Origin: Congzhengia sp.
Lineage (GTDB): Bacteria; Bacillota; Clostridia; UBA1381; UBA9506
Length of the DNA stretch: 64,000 bases
NCBI GenBank assembly: GCA_045545755.1
Contig: JAZQBQ010000047.1
Span: 16,007-80,006, forward strand
Direction: 5' to 3'
Translations under genes and position numbers: made by a program
Notes under the pieces: generated by a model
Seen by the model: only the letters and a program-made list of their open reading frames with translations
What the model was told of the DNA's origin: nothing
Databases searched by the model: none
Part shown: piece after piece, positions 29,538 through 38,750 of the stretch
Layout of the letters: each line of letters opens with the position of its first letter
Position numbering within the stretch: the stretch's first letter is position 1

Positions 29538-29723
29538 GTATTTAAGTGATAGGACTCACCCAAGCTATGCCTTTAGCATTTCTATCCTATCTGTGCCGTT
29601 CCACCTTGCAATAGTGCATTTGCAAGTAACCATTACCCGAAGGCTTTACAACGGCATTCCCATCATCCTATCTTGAAAAATTGCAGTATTCAAATCAATG
29701 TCTTTGGCAAGACATTTATATCG

Positions 29724-30857
29724 TTAACTCAAATCCTCTTTAATAAGAGCTTCGAGATTAACACCGAACTTCTTGTTGTTCTGGTCGATTACATAGTTGA
29801 TATAATCCTTTTCGATCATACGATAGTAGGAAATCAAACCTGCGAAGACCTGTACATCGTGAAGATCCCACGCCACACCTTTCTTTTTGTCGCAGATGTA
29901 GTTACAGCACATAGCCTTAAAGGTTTTCTTCTTCTGATGACCGATTGTGATTTCGTTATCCTTGTTGAGCATTACACCCAAATTCCAGTTACGACCGGCA
30001 GAAGAACCATATCTCGTTTTCTCTTTCTTCAAACAGAACGGAGCGTTGAACTTTTTGAGAACACCGAGAATGTAGTCCTGAAGTTTGTTGCAGTCAAAAC
30101 CAACCTTAGACGAAACTAAGATGTCGTCTGCGTATCTGGTGTACACATAATGCTCGTCCATCTTACGAAGTTCATTACAAAGCTGATGGTCAATCGGGAT
30201 CATCATAATGTTTGTAATAGTGGGAGAAATCGGCGTTCCTTGCGGAAGACCGCCATTTAAGAAACAAAGGCTCAAAGCCTTTTTCAAAGCCTCAAGCCCG
30301 TCTTTTCTCTTTACAATCTCGCTGAACGGGAAGATCTGCGAGAACATAGAGATTACAAATTCTTCAGTTGTGCTTCCGAAGAAATCGGAAAAGTCGAGCT
30401 TTGCAAACCACTTGCTCTCATTCTGCTGATGACGCTTAATGCAGTCGATTGTACATCTACCCTTGACATAAGCGAAAGCAGAAGTGTGATACAGAGCAAA
30501 CATATTGGTTTCAAAAATTGTCTTGAGCTGACGGAGAGCATCCATAAGCTCAGGCACAGGGGCGTTGATTTCACGAAGACCTTTACTTTTCTTAGGAATG
30601 TAAAAGGTTTCGTACAAAGACTTGCGCTCCACATTGAAAAGGTTTGCGTGCTGTTCGTTGAATTTTTCAAGAACCGCAATCATCAAGTCGAAATCAAAAC
30701 GCTCAAGGAATGAGGGTTTAAGGAACTCTCTGAAATGCGTTCTTGTGTTGGTCACATTAGGTACGACCATTCTCGACAAATCAACAGTGCCGTCAAGAAT
30801 ATCATCAAACGACATCTGATAATATATCGGGGATTGCTGAATAGTGATATAAGGCAT
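29724..30857 (-). CDS. Retron-like reverse transcriptase
   Basis: FYIPKKSKGLREINAP, AFAYVKGR..IKRH (region X-like), KLDFSDFFGS, LPQGTPISP, YTRYADDI, NLGVMLN (region Y-like); 377 aa, no fused maturase, endonuclease or Cas1 domain. Confidence 0.93.
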   Translation of the reverse strand: MPYITIQQSPIYYQMSFDDILDGTVDLSRMVVPNVTNTRTHFREFLKPSFLERFDFDLMIAVLEKFNEQHANLFNVERKSLYETFYIPKKSKGLREINAPVPELMDALRQLKTIFETNMFALYHTSAFAYVKGRCTIDCIKRHQQNESKWFAKLDFSDFFGSTTEEFVISMFSQIFPFSEIVKRKDGLEALKKALSLCFLNGGLPQGTPISPTITNIMMIPIDHQLCNELRKMDEHYVYTRYADDILVSSKVGFDCNKLQDYILGVLKKFNAPFCLKKEKTRYGSSAGRNWNLGVMLNKDNEITIGHQKKKTFKAMCCNYICDKKKGVAWDLHDVQVFAGLISYYRMIEKDYINYVIDQNNKKFGVNLEALIKEDLS

Positions 30858-30874
30858 AACATTCTTCCTTTCTC

Positions 30875-31177
30875 ACATACAAGTAATCTACAAAGAGTTG
30901 ATGTCCGAGTCCGGGTTCATTAGGATCTTAAAAAGAGCTGTTATAAAATTTAAGATTTGAATTCGGTATCGGAAAACCCTTATGAAATCAAGGGTTTTCA
31001 CACCCCGACCTGTAAGTTTCGCTGTTGATGACACTGAAGATGTTACTACGCTGCGTCATCTCCGGAGGCAGGCGGGATATTTCATCCTATCAAGATATCA
31101 CTTCGGCTTACAACACAAAGCACCCAAAGTCAAACGGGAGCGACCCGCCGAATTTGAATTATGCATTACAAGTATGT
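30875..31177 (-). ncRNA. Retron-like msr/msd cassette 5 (immediately upstream of the RT)
   Basis: IR ACATACAAGTAAT/ATTACAAGTATGT (11 of 13 paired); G at 31164; core 31087-31121; canonical retron position. Confidence 0.8.
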
Positions 31178-31464
31178 TATTTTGTGAATTTGCTTACAAT
31201 CAACGCCTTGTCTGCAATATATTCGGTGTTGACTGTGTTGAAATACTGACCTATTGGTTTAACTATGTACACGATGGGATTTCCACCATACTTTTTGCAG
31301 GCTTTCTTTGCATACATACTCGCCGACAGAAGTGAGTCTGTGAAGAAAACCTTATCCGTGTACTTCTTTCTCCATTCTTCACGCTTGTTGTCCGTTATTA
31401 CTGGCGGAAGAAGCACTCGGTTGATTTTGAATACATCTGTTGTTCCGTGATAAAAGGTTCTCAT
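31177..31464 (-). CDS. Small ADP-ribosyltransferase-like protein (Arr/rifampin ART-like fold)
   Basis: FYHGT..VFFTDSL..A..YA..GNPIVYIVKPIG parallels Arr-family motifs. Confidence 0.6.
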   Translation of the reverse strand: MRTFYHGTTDVFKINRVLLPPVITDNKREEWRKKYTDKVFFTDSLLSASMYAKKACKKYGGNPIVYIVKPIGQYFNTVNTEYIADKALIVSKFTK

Positions 31465-31487
31465 AAGCGTAAAACCATTCTTTTATT

Positions 31488-31812
31488 AACATCTATGATC
31501 TACATAGTAGAAGGAGGTGAGGCACGCGATGCAATCGACGAGAAGACAACCTTCGAGAAGCTTCGGTACTGAAGAAAACAAGGAGTTTTCTGAAGAATAA
31601 GCTGTAAGATTGTCAACTAAATCTTAGAAATACTGTGGAAAAGTGGAGGAAAGGTCTTGACAAACCGTGCGAAGTGTGGCAGACCAGAATGAGTCGCTCG
31701 CAGCAGTGTCATCCCGCTGGGTGGCTCTCCCTTCGTTCTTCCTATCAAGGTATTACTTCAGCTTACAACATGAAGCATTTAATCAAAGATTAAATAATGC
31801 ATCATAGATGTT
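31488..31812 (-). ncRNA. Retron-like msr/msd cassette 6
   Basis: 12-bp perfect IR AACATCTATGAT/ATCATAGATGTT; G at 31800; core 31742-31776. Confidence 0.78.
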
Positions 31813-31824
31813 TTTTTGTGTTTT

Positions 31825-32700
31825 TTATCCTAAGAGAATGGAGAGGAAATCTTCCTCAGAAACATCCTCTAATTCAACAATAGAAAGGATTACATTATAG
31901 TAACCTTCATCGTCGGGTTCATCCGATACAAGGATTTCGGGATTGATTGTCAAAGCCGGACGGGCACCGATAATACCGTGATACGCACGGGCGTAGAAGA
32001 GATTACCGCCACGATCCACATACCGAGCGTCGTACGCATAGTCGGCATTGGGAGAACGAAGCCACCAGTACCAAGATGTTGTTTCGTCTTCGGGCGTTCC
32101 GCTCAATGTGGTGTTGTCAATGGCTTCTTCGGTTGCCGTAGCAGATGCGTTTCTGCCGTTTCTGAAATAATCCCAACGATCACCCTCGTTGGTATTTCTT
32201 ACCGACCTACCAAAGATGTTAGCTCTGGACGGTAAGAAAACCTTACGAGTGATGATTTCGTAATCGCGGTCAGCGCTATCGCATTGAGGTAAAGCAACCA
32301 CGATTTCTGTCGGCATAATGGCTTCAAGTTCAGCCTCGCTGAAGTAAGCCAAGAAACCGGGGTGGTTAAGATATGGCGTACCATCGTAAGTAAGTTCGCC
32401 AGTAGGAGGTGCATCGGTATCGTGTTGTGGATGATACCATTCATCTCCTGTGCTGTTCAAGAACTGGTCGATATTGGAAACCGAGTATCGGTTATTACCA
32501 TATTCTCTGCGGTATTCCTGCGGACTGTCGAGCTCTCTTGCGTCGAAAGCTCGGAAGTCTTCAATGTGCTCTGCTAAAAGAGTTGTGTCGGCGCTGTTTA
32601 CTTTAATCCATCGAATGCTATGAGCGCCTTCGTTGCCCACGCAGTACGATCCAAATCTGACTTTTGCTCCGCAAGGGAGGCTGCTTACTGTACGCGACAT
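31825..32700 (-). CDS. DUF6273-like protein
   Basis: GNNRYSVSNIDQFLN, KVFLPS, WWLRSP, GARPAL. Confidence 0.65.
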   Translation of the reverse strand: MSRTVSSLPCGAKVRFGSYCVGNEGAHSIRWIKVNSADTTLLAEHIEDFRAFDARELDSPQEYRREYGNNRYSVSNIDQFLNSTGDEWYHPQHDTDAPPTGELTYDGTPYLNHPGFLAYFSEAELEAIMPTEIVVALPQCDSADRDYEIITRKVFLPSRANIFGRSVRNTNEGDRWDYFRNGRNASATATEEAIDNTTLSGTPEDETTSWYWWLRSPNADYAYDARYVDRGGNLFYARAYHGIIGARPALTINPEILVSDEPDDEGYYNVILSIVELEDVSEEDFLSILLG

Positions 32701-32725
32701 AACCTACCATCCTTTCTGTGTTATA

Positions 32726-33397
32726 TTAAAAGGCATCAACAGTATGTCCGAAAGCGTCCATCAGAATTAACTTGCGAATACTGCCGCCCTTTGCAAAATT
32801 TATGAAGTTAGATACACCGTAAGCCACGATTGCTCGAACCGTAGGCACAACGGAAAGTGTAATGTTGCAGGCAGACACAGGAGTTTCTGCCTTGGCTTCA
32901 TCGTGAGAGAAAGCCATAGAGTTAAGGAAATCCTCAACCATCTTTCGGTTGTTCCAGTCCGCAGCGTAATGCTGTGCATCTGTCAACCTCATACGGAAGT
33001 CAAACATAGCTTTGACAAAGGTGTTACCTTTACACTTGCTGGCGATTTCACGGCGCAGGTCAATGTTGTCCACGCACAAGAAAACATAACCAGAAAGCTT
33101 CTGATTAACATACCCCTTGTCCACGAGTTTGAGATCCTTTTTGATTTCGGGATTGATGTCATACAACATATCCGCAAGCGCTTCGATCTTGAGCTTGCCG
33201 ATGTCTGTCTGCCTGAACATCTGATTTGCGATGTTGTGGGGTTCCACATAGTCGAAATCGTAGAGAGTAATTTTCGTAAGACCAAACCTTACGAGGTTCT
33301 CTGCGACCGTAGATCCGATTGCCCCGCAACCGATAATATGTATTCGTTCTTTGCACATCTCAGGCTGAAAGAACTCATAAGACTTTGATAAATTCAT
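32726..33397 (-). CDS. ThiF/E1-like ubiquitin-activating enzyme
   Basis: IIGCGAIGS, YDFDYVEPHNIANQ, GKLK, FLCVDN..R, DFRM. Confidence 0.9.
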   Translation of the reverse strand: MNLSKSYEFFQPEMCKERIHIIGCGAIGSTVAENLVRFGLTKITLYDFDYVEPHNIANQMFRQTDIGKLKIEALADMLYDINPEIKKDLKLVDKGYVNQKLSGYVFLCVDNIDLRREIASKCKGNTFVKAMFDFRMRLTDAQHYAADWNNRKMVEDFLNSMAFSHDEAKAETPVSACNITLSVVPTVRAIVAYGVSNFINFAKGGSIRKLILMDAFGHTVDAF

Positions 33398-33410
33398 ACC
33401 TTACTCTCCT

Positions 33411-34295
33411 TTATGTGTTGAAAAAGTCCCTCTGTGTTCCGTAGTAATCGCTGGCATCGTCGTCCATATCTTCGGTGCCTCTGCCTTTCCAACCGCTACC
33501 TACATCAGATTTGCCTTTCTGTTTAGTTTTGTTTTTGCTTGTCGGAGTTGTTACGGCAGGCGTTGTATTTTTTCCACCGCCACCGTTATACCCGCTGTAT
33601 CCACCGCCACTGTACTGATAACCAGAACCGCCACCATACTGATAGCCGGTGTATTTATGTTCGACAACCTGCTTATTTGCCTCGTCGATAAATTCATCGA
33701 GGTCGCACTGGTCATCCATAATGCCGTACTCGATTTCATTATCTTCGTACATCGTATTGTTTTGCAGGTCGTAAATCTTAGTTGTATGCTCCAGACGCTT
33801 GTTCCAAATCATAAAGATGTAGTACATATCGTCGGTGAGCTGTGCGAGGATTTCTTCCTGATGTGTCTTATCGACGGAAGATGGAGAAGTCTGCATTTTC
33901 ACATGACTATGACCTTGCATAATGATGTGGTTGAAGCGATCATCTTCATCGTTTTCCATAAGCCACATCGCATATTTCTCGGTATCCATATCAACGGTTG
34001 TTCCAGTAACCGTCTGAGGATACACAAGAATGTCGGAGATAACGAATGTCTTTTCATCCATACGCTCACCGACACCGTGCCAAGCAACCTCTGACTCGAA
34101 AGCCATAAGCAGACTGACCATTTTGGCATAAGCGGTAGGCGTGAACAAAATCTTCGCCTTTTCTTCGTTTTTGTAAGTGAAGTTCTTGCTGTAACTCAAC
34201 TTACCATCAGCCATTTTCATTTCTGAAAGGGCTTTTGCAAATTCCTGCACCGCCTGCTGTTTCAACTCAGGCGTAAGCTTGATAGGTTTTGACAT
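33411..34295 (-). CDS. JAB/MPN (JAMM) domain peptidase
   Basis: EVAWHG, YPQ, GHSHVKMQTSPSSVD (HxH-x7-S-x2-D). Confidence 0.8.
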   Translation of the reverse strand: MSKPIKLTPELKQQAVQEFAKALSEMKMADGKLSYSKNFTYKNEEKAKILFTPTAYAKMVSLLMAFESEVAWHGVGERMDEKTFVISDILVYPQTVTGTTVDMDTEKYAMWLMENDEDDRFNHIIMQGHSHVKMQTSPSSVDKTHQEEILAQLTDDMYYIFMIWNKRLEHTTKIYDLQNNTMYEDNEIEYGIMDDQCDLDEFIDEANKQVVEHKYTGYQYGGGSGYQYSGGGYSGYNGGGGKNTTPAVTTPTSKNKTKQKGKSDVGSGWKGRGTEDMDDDASDYYGTQRDFFNT

Positions 34296-35752
34296 TATTC
34301 AGACACCTCCGTATTGTTTTCTTGTGCTTCAAGCCATCTCAGAGCTTCGGTAGGCGAGCAAGAAGTACCGTCGGGAAGTTCGATAATCTTCTTTGCACCA
34401 GAAGCAAAGAGTGCTTTCAGTACATAAGGGAATGTTGCGCTTTCGCCAACATTGATGCTCTTTGCAGAACATACACACTGCTCGATAGCGCCGATGTTAT
34501 CGCCATTTCTAAGCGCTTCTTCAATAAGCGGACGCTGATTGCCTAAGCAACTGTGGCGATGAATGTGCATATTGGGCAGCATATCGTGGTACTCAACCGG
34601 ATACTGATAACCACTGTTTGCCTCGACATAACCTGTCAGATCAATCATATAGTGGGCACAAGTTTTAATCTTGAGTACGGGTTCATCCGAGAAGATTGCG
34701 TCCATAAACTTCTTACGAACTTTAACATCTTCAAACACTTCATTGGTTACATCGTAATCGTAGTACATATAACCATCGAAATTAGAGCTGATTCTGTCGT
34801 ACATCTCTACATCGAAGTTTTCAAGATAGCACTTAACGATAAATTCTAACTGCGTAGAATTAACTCGTACAGGATCAAGGTGCTTGTTGCACACAAAGTA
34901 ATCCGAGATTTCGGACTCTTTGCAACCAGAATTGATTTGCGCCATCAAGCCAGCACGCTCAATCATCTTGACTTCACGCTGACGGATAAAATCTCTGTAC
35001 TGATTTACATTGCGGTCGATACTGTTTTCGAGGTTGCTAAGTTCTCTGTCTACATTACTGAGATGCTGACGCTTAGCAGCAGTTTCAAAACCGCCCAACA
35101 TTTTTTCGATTTTCTTGCCACGGAAGTCGTATCTGGTCGCATATTCTTCAATAAAACGCTCATATGCGGTTGCTGTTTTTTGAATTAAAGTTTTGACGAA
35201 CTCTCGTTCTTGGTCATCTAAAGGTTTATCTTTGAAATACCAAGGAAGTAAACGAGAAGTTAACGACTGAATATAGTGATACAGTCTTGTGTTTAGGTTA
35301 TCTACGAAAACCGCAACACTTCTGTCGTCTTCGTTTATATAAAAACGCATATTGGCTTGCTTTGCTACAAAGCCACTCAAATCTTTGAGTTCCACAAACT
35401 TTGGATAAACCCTTGTGAATGACTCGTCGATAGTAGCCAACGCTGTGCTTCTGTTATTTTCTGACGCACTGTTAAAACCGCAAACCAATATGGTGTTATT
35501 GTCAATGCAATAATCCGACAAGTAATTGATCTTGTCAGTTTCACCATAATCTCTGAGATAAGACTCTCGCGGGTTGATAGTTCTCACTCTCAGACAAATG
35601 GTATCGTCTTTGGACATTCTCGGAGCAACGAGTGCTCGGAGTGTCGCAACAAACGAGGTGTCGTTACTGTAACAATCACCAAAGATGTTAGGGAAAAGTT
35701 CGTTTGCGATTTCACTCGTCAGAGTCAGGTAATTGATATTTTTTGAAAACAT
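34295..35752 (-). CDS. Coiled-coil protein with C-terminal prokaryotic E2-like domain
   Basis: LPNMHIHRHSCLGN resembles the E2 HPN..C active-site loop; sits between Ubl and JAB. Confidence 0.55.
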   Translation of the reverse strand: MFSKNINYLTLTSEIANELFPNIFGDCYSNDTSFVATLRALVAPRMSKDDTICLRVRTINPRESYLRDYGETDKINYLSDYCIDNNTILVCGFNSASENNRSTALATIDESFTRVYPKFVELKDLSGFVAKQANMRFYINEDDRSVAVFVDNLNTRLYHYIQSLTSRLLPWYFKDKPLDDQEREFVKTLIQKTATAYERFIEEYATRYDFRGKKIEKMLGGFETAAKRQHLSNVDRELSNLENSIDRNVNQYRDFIRQREVKMIERAGLMAQINSGCKESEISDYFVCNKHLDPVRVNSTQLEFIVKCYLENFDVEMYDRISSNFDGYMYYDYDVTNEVFEDVKVRKKFMDAIFSDEPVLKIKTCAHYMIDLTGYVEANSGYQYPVEYHDMLPNMHIHRHSCLGNQRPLIEEALRNGDNIGAIEQCVCSAKSINVGESATFPYVLKALFASGAKKIIELPDGTSCSPTEALRWLEAQENNTEVSE

Positions 35753-35847
35753 ACTATGCCTCCTGCTCCGCAGTATGGAAAAGCCCCGGCAAGTCGATAC
35801 CTGCCGGGGTTCCGTTTACTTATTTATGTATTTTTTCTGGTGAATGC

Positions 35848-36075
35848 TTAGGCGTTATCTGCCTTAACGACATTCAAGAGATAGCACTTCTCAGTGATGC
35901 CAAGATCCGCGAAGGTCTTGTCAATCTCACCGGGCTTCAAAGAAGAGCCGTCGAGATGCATAGTGCCGGAAGTGTAGTCGATGCCGTTGTCCTCAAGGAC
36001 GGTGCGGAGAGTGGTGTTTTCGTCAACGATGACAGACTCTCTCTTAACATTGTTACCAACAGTTACCTTAATCAT
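35848..36075 (-). CDS. Ubiquitin-like (beta-grasp) protein
   Basis: 75 aa, IKVTV..TTLRTVLE..LDG..DKTFADLGI pattern; ends KADNA; first gene of the E2-JAB-E1 run. Confidence 0.7.
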   Translation of the reverse strand: MIKVTVGNNVKRESVIVDENTTLRTVLEDNGIDYTSGTMHLDGSSLKPGEIDKTFADLGITEKCYLLNVVKADNA

Positions 36076-36186
36076 AAATCGTAATTCCTTTCGTTCTTCA
36101 AAAATTTTTGATTGGGGTTAAATTGGCGGCGAGGATATTTCACCCCGCCGCACTCGGTCGGATGTTCGGATGTTGTGGAGCTGTGA

Positions 36187-36630
36187 TTACATCACAGTAA
36201 TGCTCTCACGAATCGTTGCCTTTTCTTCGGCAACAGATGCCAAAGCGGTCTCGAACTGAGCTTCAACAGCGTTGAGCTTGATGATCGCGGTGCCAACAGC
36301 ATCTTCGGCGTAACCCATAGCGTCGGTAGTGCCGGCAGGAAGTTCCATAGTGATAATGGCTTTCTTGTCAGCGTTCTTGGACGCGCTGCCGAAGCTTGCG
36401 CCGTAAGCGTTGATGTTACCCTTGCCGGTAGTAGTACCCACCTTGAAAACTACGGTCTTACCGTCATCATCAAGGAGAGTCAATGCCTTGGGGTTGTGCT
36501 TCTCAAGAGTCTTGATAGTCTCCAGAGTGTGTGCGGATTCGACAACCATAGCGTCGCCTGCGATAATGATTCTTGCCATAATAGACTCCTTTTCTGAGCT
36601 TTTCGCTCGTTCAAAAAATATGTATTCCAT
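36187..36630 (-). CDS. Hypothetical protein
   Basis: Ala-rich ORF, likely start MARII. Confidence 0.55.
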   Translation of the reverse strand: MEYIFFERAKSSEKESIMARIIIAGDAMVVESAHTLETIKTLEKHNPKALTLLDDDGKTVVFKVGTTTGKGNINAYGASFGSASKNADKKAIITMELPAGTTDAMGYAEDAVGTAIIKLNAVEAQFETALASVAEEKATIRESITVM

Positions 36631-36732
36631 TCGCTATCTCTCTGCCAAACGGTAAACAAGGCAAACCGATAAGAGAGACATTGCCCACCCCAAACCTCGT
36701 GGCGGTTGGAACCATTCGGGGCTAAGCTGGCA

Positions 36733-37194
36733 TTAAGCCAGCATATCAATCGCACAGAAAACCAAAAGAATGATTGCCCACACGATTTTAATTACTGCGT
36801 TGATCTTTTCATCACCAACGCAGTATTTGAAATATTGTTCTTTCCACATCTCGGCTCTCGTAATTAAGTGCTTAATGTTGTTTGTGTAGTTAAAGCGCTC
36901 TCTGTCCGACAACCCGTCGATGTACTTAATTTCATACTCAGACGCTGCATCAGGAAGTTTTGCAGATCTTGCTTTGATGTATGAGAAAATGCCGCTAAGC
37001 ATTATCGCAACCGAAAAAACGATGAATGAAATATCTGTGATGATGTCGGGATATATCCATTCATTTACGGAATTGATGAAAGCGAACAGCAAGAACAGAG
37101 ATGCAATAAATTCGATGATTAAAAACACCCTTGCAACCTTTGTTCTCTTTGGGTCGTATGATATATACTCAAAATCCCTCATACCACACCTCAC
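36733..37194 (-). CDS. Membrane protein
   Basis: Three TM segments. Confidence 0.55.
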   Translation of the reverse strand: MRCGMRDFEYISYDPKRTKVARVFLIIEFIASLFLLFAFINSVNEWIYPDIITDISFIVFSVAIMLSGIFSYIKARSAKLPDAASEYEIKYIDGLSDRERFNYTNNIKHLITRAEMWKEQYFKYCVGDEKINAVIKIVWAIILLVFCAIDMLA

Positions 37195-38732
37195 ATTTTC
37201 AGTGCATTTTCAACCGGCTGATAGCGTTCAGAGTTCAGAGTTTCAAGCAGACACTCAAACGGGTCAGTCTTGCCACTCATAACCATCTTGCAGATGTTTA
37301 CGGAGAAACCACTTACCAACGCAACACCCATATCGTTCTCACGAACAGGGATTGTATTGGTTCTGGAGTTTACATTCCAGAAGACCAAGCGAGGAATTTT
37401 GTAACCGGCACTTCTGTACTTGGCTTCAATAACCTTGAACAGATTTGCACTCACGCCGCCATAGCTTCTGCCGTTACAACACACCGCACCATCGAACTCC
37501 ATGTCGGAGATGATAAGAATGTTTGCGGGGATATCCTCTTGGCTCATATTGTTACGAACCGCAGTGCTCAGAATGAGGTCAAACACCGCTTCGATGTTGG
37601 TGTTGGCAACCTCATTGTGTCCCAAAGCGATGGAGAGCTTATCGCGCAAACTCTTTCCGGGACTCATATCAACAAACTGAGGACGGGAAGAGAAGGTGAT
37701 GTACTTATCCTTAAACTCACCAGAAGAACGCTCTGCGAAGTAGATTGCCAAAGCGTTTGCGACTTCAAGAGCCGTCGTGCTTGTGCCGCCGACCGTAGTA
37801 GTCATCGAACCAGAACCATCGGCAACAACGATTGTGTTACCACAACCCTCAACCAAATCGGGAAGATTTTTCCACAGACCCTCAATGGTTGCGTCATAAG
37901 CCTTTAACCTTGTACGCCATCCATTGCTGTCGGTGTACTTATGCACAATGTCGTGCGGGAAAAGCGTACCGGCGTTGATTTTGACTTCGCCCTTTTCGAG
38001 CTGAGCCAAAAACTCTCTGCGTCGCTCTTCATCGTTACGCAGGAACGCATCGTTGTAAATCAGATTTGCACGGGAAGGAACCGCCTCATACTTGATGTCG
38101 CCCCACTGTTTAGCGGACATCTTAACCTCAACGACATCAATGTACTTGCGCAACCAACTGAGGGTTTTACGGTAAGCGCTCTCGGTCATATCGAGGTACT
38201 GGCGGATGATCTTGGAATACTTCTTGCTACTTGCAGAAGAAGCGTTGCAGGACGGCAACCACTTCGCAAGCAAAGAAACCGGCTTGTTCTCGTTACAGTT
38301 ATGAATATCGCTTTCGAGCTGCTTCTTGACATACTCCATCACAACAGGGCGGAGCTTTTCATTTTCGAGCAGAGCCCACATATCATCGAAGCGTCCATAC
38401 TCAGGAATGAGCGGGATTACCTTTTCGACCATAGCCGGTTCGTAATCCGCAACGAAACTCATTGCAGTTCTGAACAAGCGACGCTCACCCAAACCGCCTC
38501 TGATATCTCTGGCGAAGAACAGCCACTTCATAGCGAGGATCTTATCCTCAAAGAACGCTCTCTTGAAGCGTTCAATCACTTCGTTTTCGCTTGCGGAACG
38601 CAAAGACGCAACCGCAAAGTTAATGTCGAGAAGACTCTTGCCGGTAGTGCGATAACCCACAGCGCCGTTCTCGGTTACAGACTGGTTGAAGTTTTCCAGC
38701 ATTTCGTTTTGCATAGCATTCATAAAACTCAT
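37191..38732 (-). CDS. DUF2828 / TROVE-like protein with C-terminal vWA domain
   Basis: TENGAVGY.TTG, ARDIRGGLGERR, YGRFDD, AKWLP; MIDAS-like VADGSGSM, NTN..VFDLIL, IISDMEFD, VFWNV. Confidence 0.85.
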   Translation of the reverse strand: MSFMNAMQNEMLENFNQSVTENGAVGYRTTGKSLLDINFAVASLRSASENEVIERFKRAFFEDKILAMKWLFFARDIRGGLGERRLFRTAMSFVADYEPAMVEKVIPLIPEYGRFDDMWALLENEKLRPVVMEYVKKQLESDIHNCNENKPVSLLAKWLPSCNASSASSKKYSKIIRQYLDMTESAYRKTLSWLRKYIDVVEVKMSAKQWGDIKYEAVPSRANLIYNDAFLRNDEERRREFLAQLEKGEVKINAGTLFPHDIVHKYTDSNGWRTRLKAYDATIEGLWKNLPDLVEGCGNTIVVADGSGSMTTTVGGTSTTALEVANALAIYFAERSSGEFKDKYITFSSRPQFVDMSPGKSLRDKLSIALGHNEVANTNIEAVFDLILSTAVRNNMSQEDIPANILIISDMEFDGAVCCNGRSYGGVSANLFKVIEAKYRSAGYKIPRLVFWNVNSRTNTIPVRENDMGVALVSGFSVNICKMVMSGKTDPFECLLETLNSERYQPVENALKM

Positions 38733-38750
38733 AGTTATCTCAATCCTTTC

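Noticed and set aside
29724-30857. Group II intron
   Set aside because: The RT is short (377 aa) with no maturase/endonuclease domain, no domain V-like hairpin is evident, and no host gene is interrupted.
25481-31812. Six repeats interpreted as a CRISPR array
   Set aside because: The repeats are dispersed hundreds to thousands of bp apart among genes and tRNAs, are degenerate, lack regular 30-40 nt spacers, and no cas genes are present.
29724-32700. RT as a diversity-generating retroelement with the DUF6273 (WWLRSP) protein as target
   Set aside because: I found no TR/VR pair differing at adenines and no Avd-like gene. The RT motifs and a1/a2 cassettes are retron-like. An alignment of the 31825 gene's 3' end against the whole genome would exclude it formally.
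13643-36075. IscS + ThiF + Ubl as a thiamine/molybdopterin or tRNA-thiolation sulfur relay
   Set aside because: The Ubl lacks a GG tail, the operon includes JAB and an E2-like gene, iscS is about 18 kb away, and no ThiG/MoaE/TtuA partner is seen. This is less likely than protein conjugation, though not excluded.
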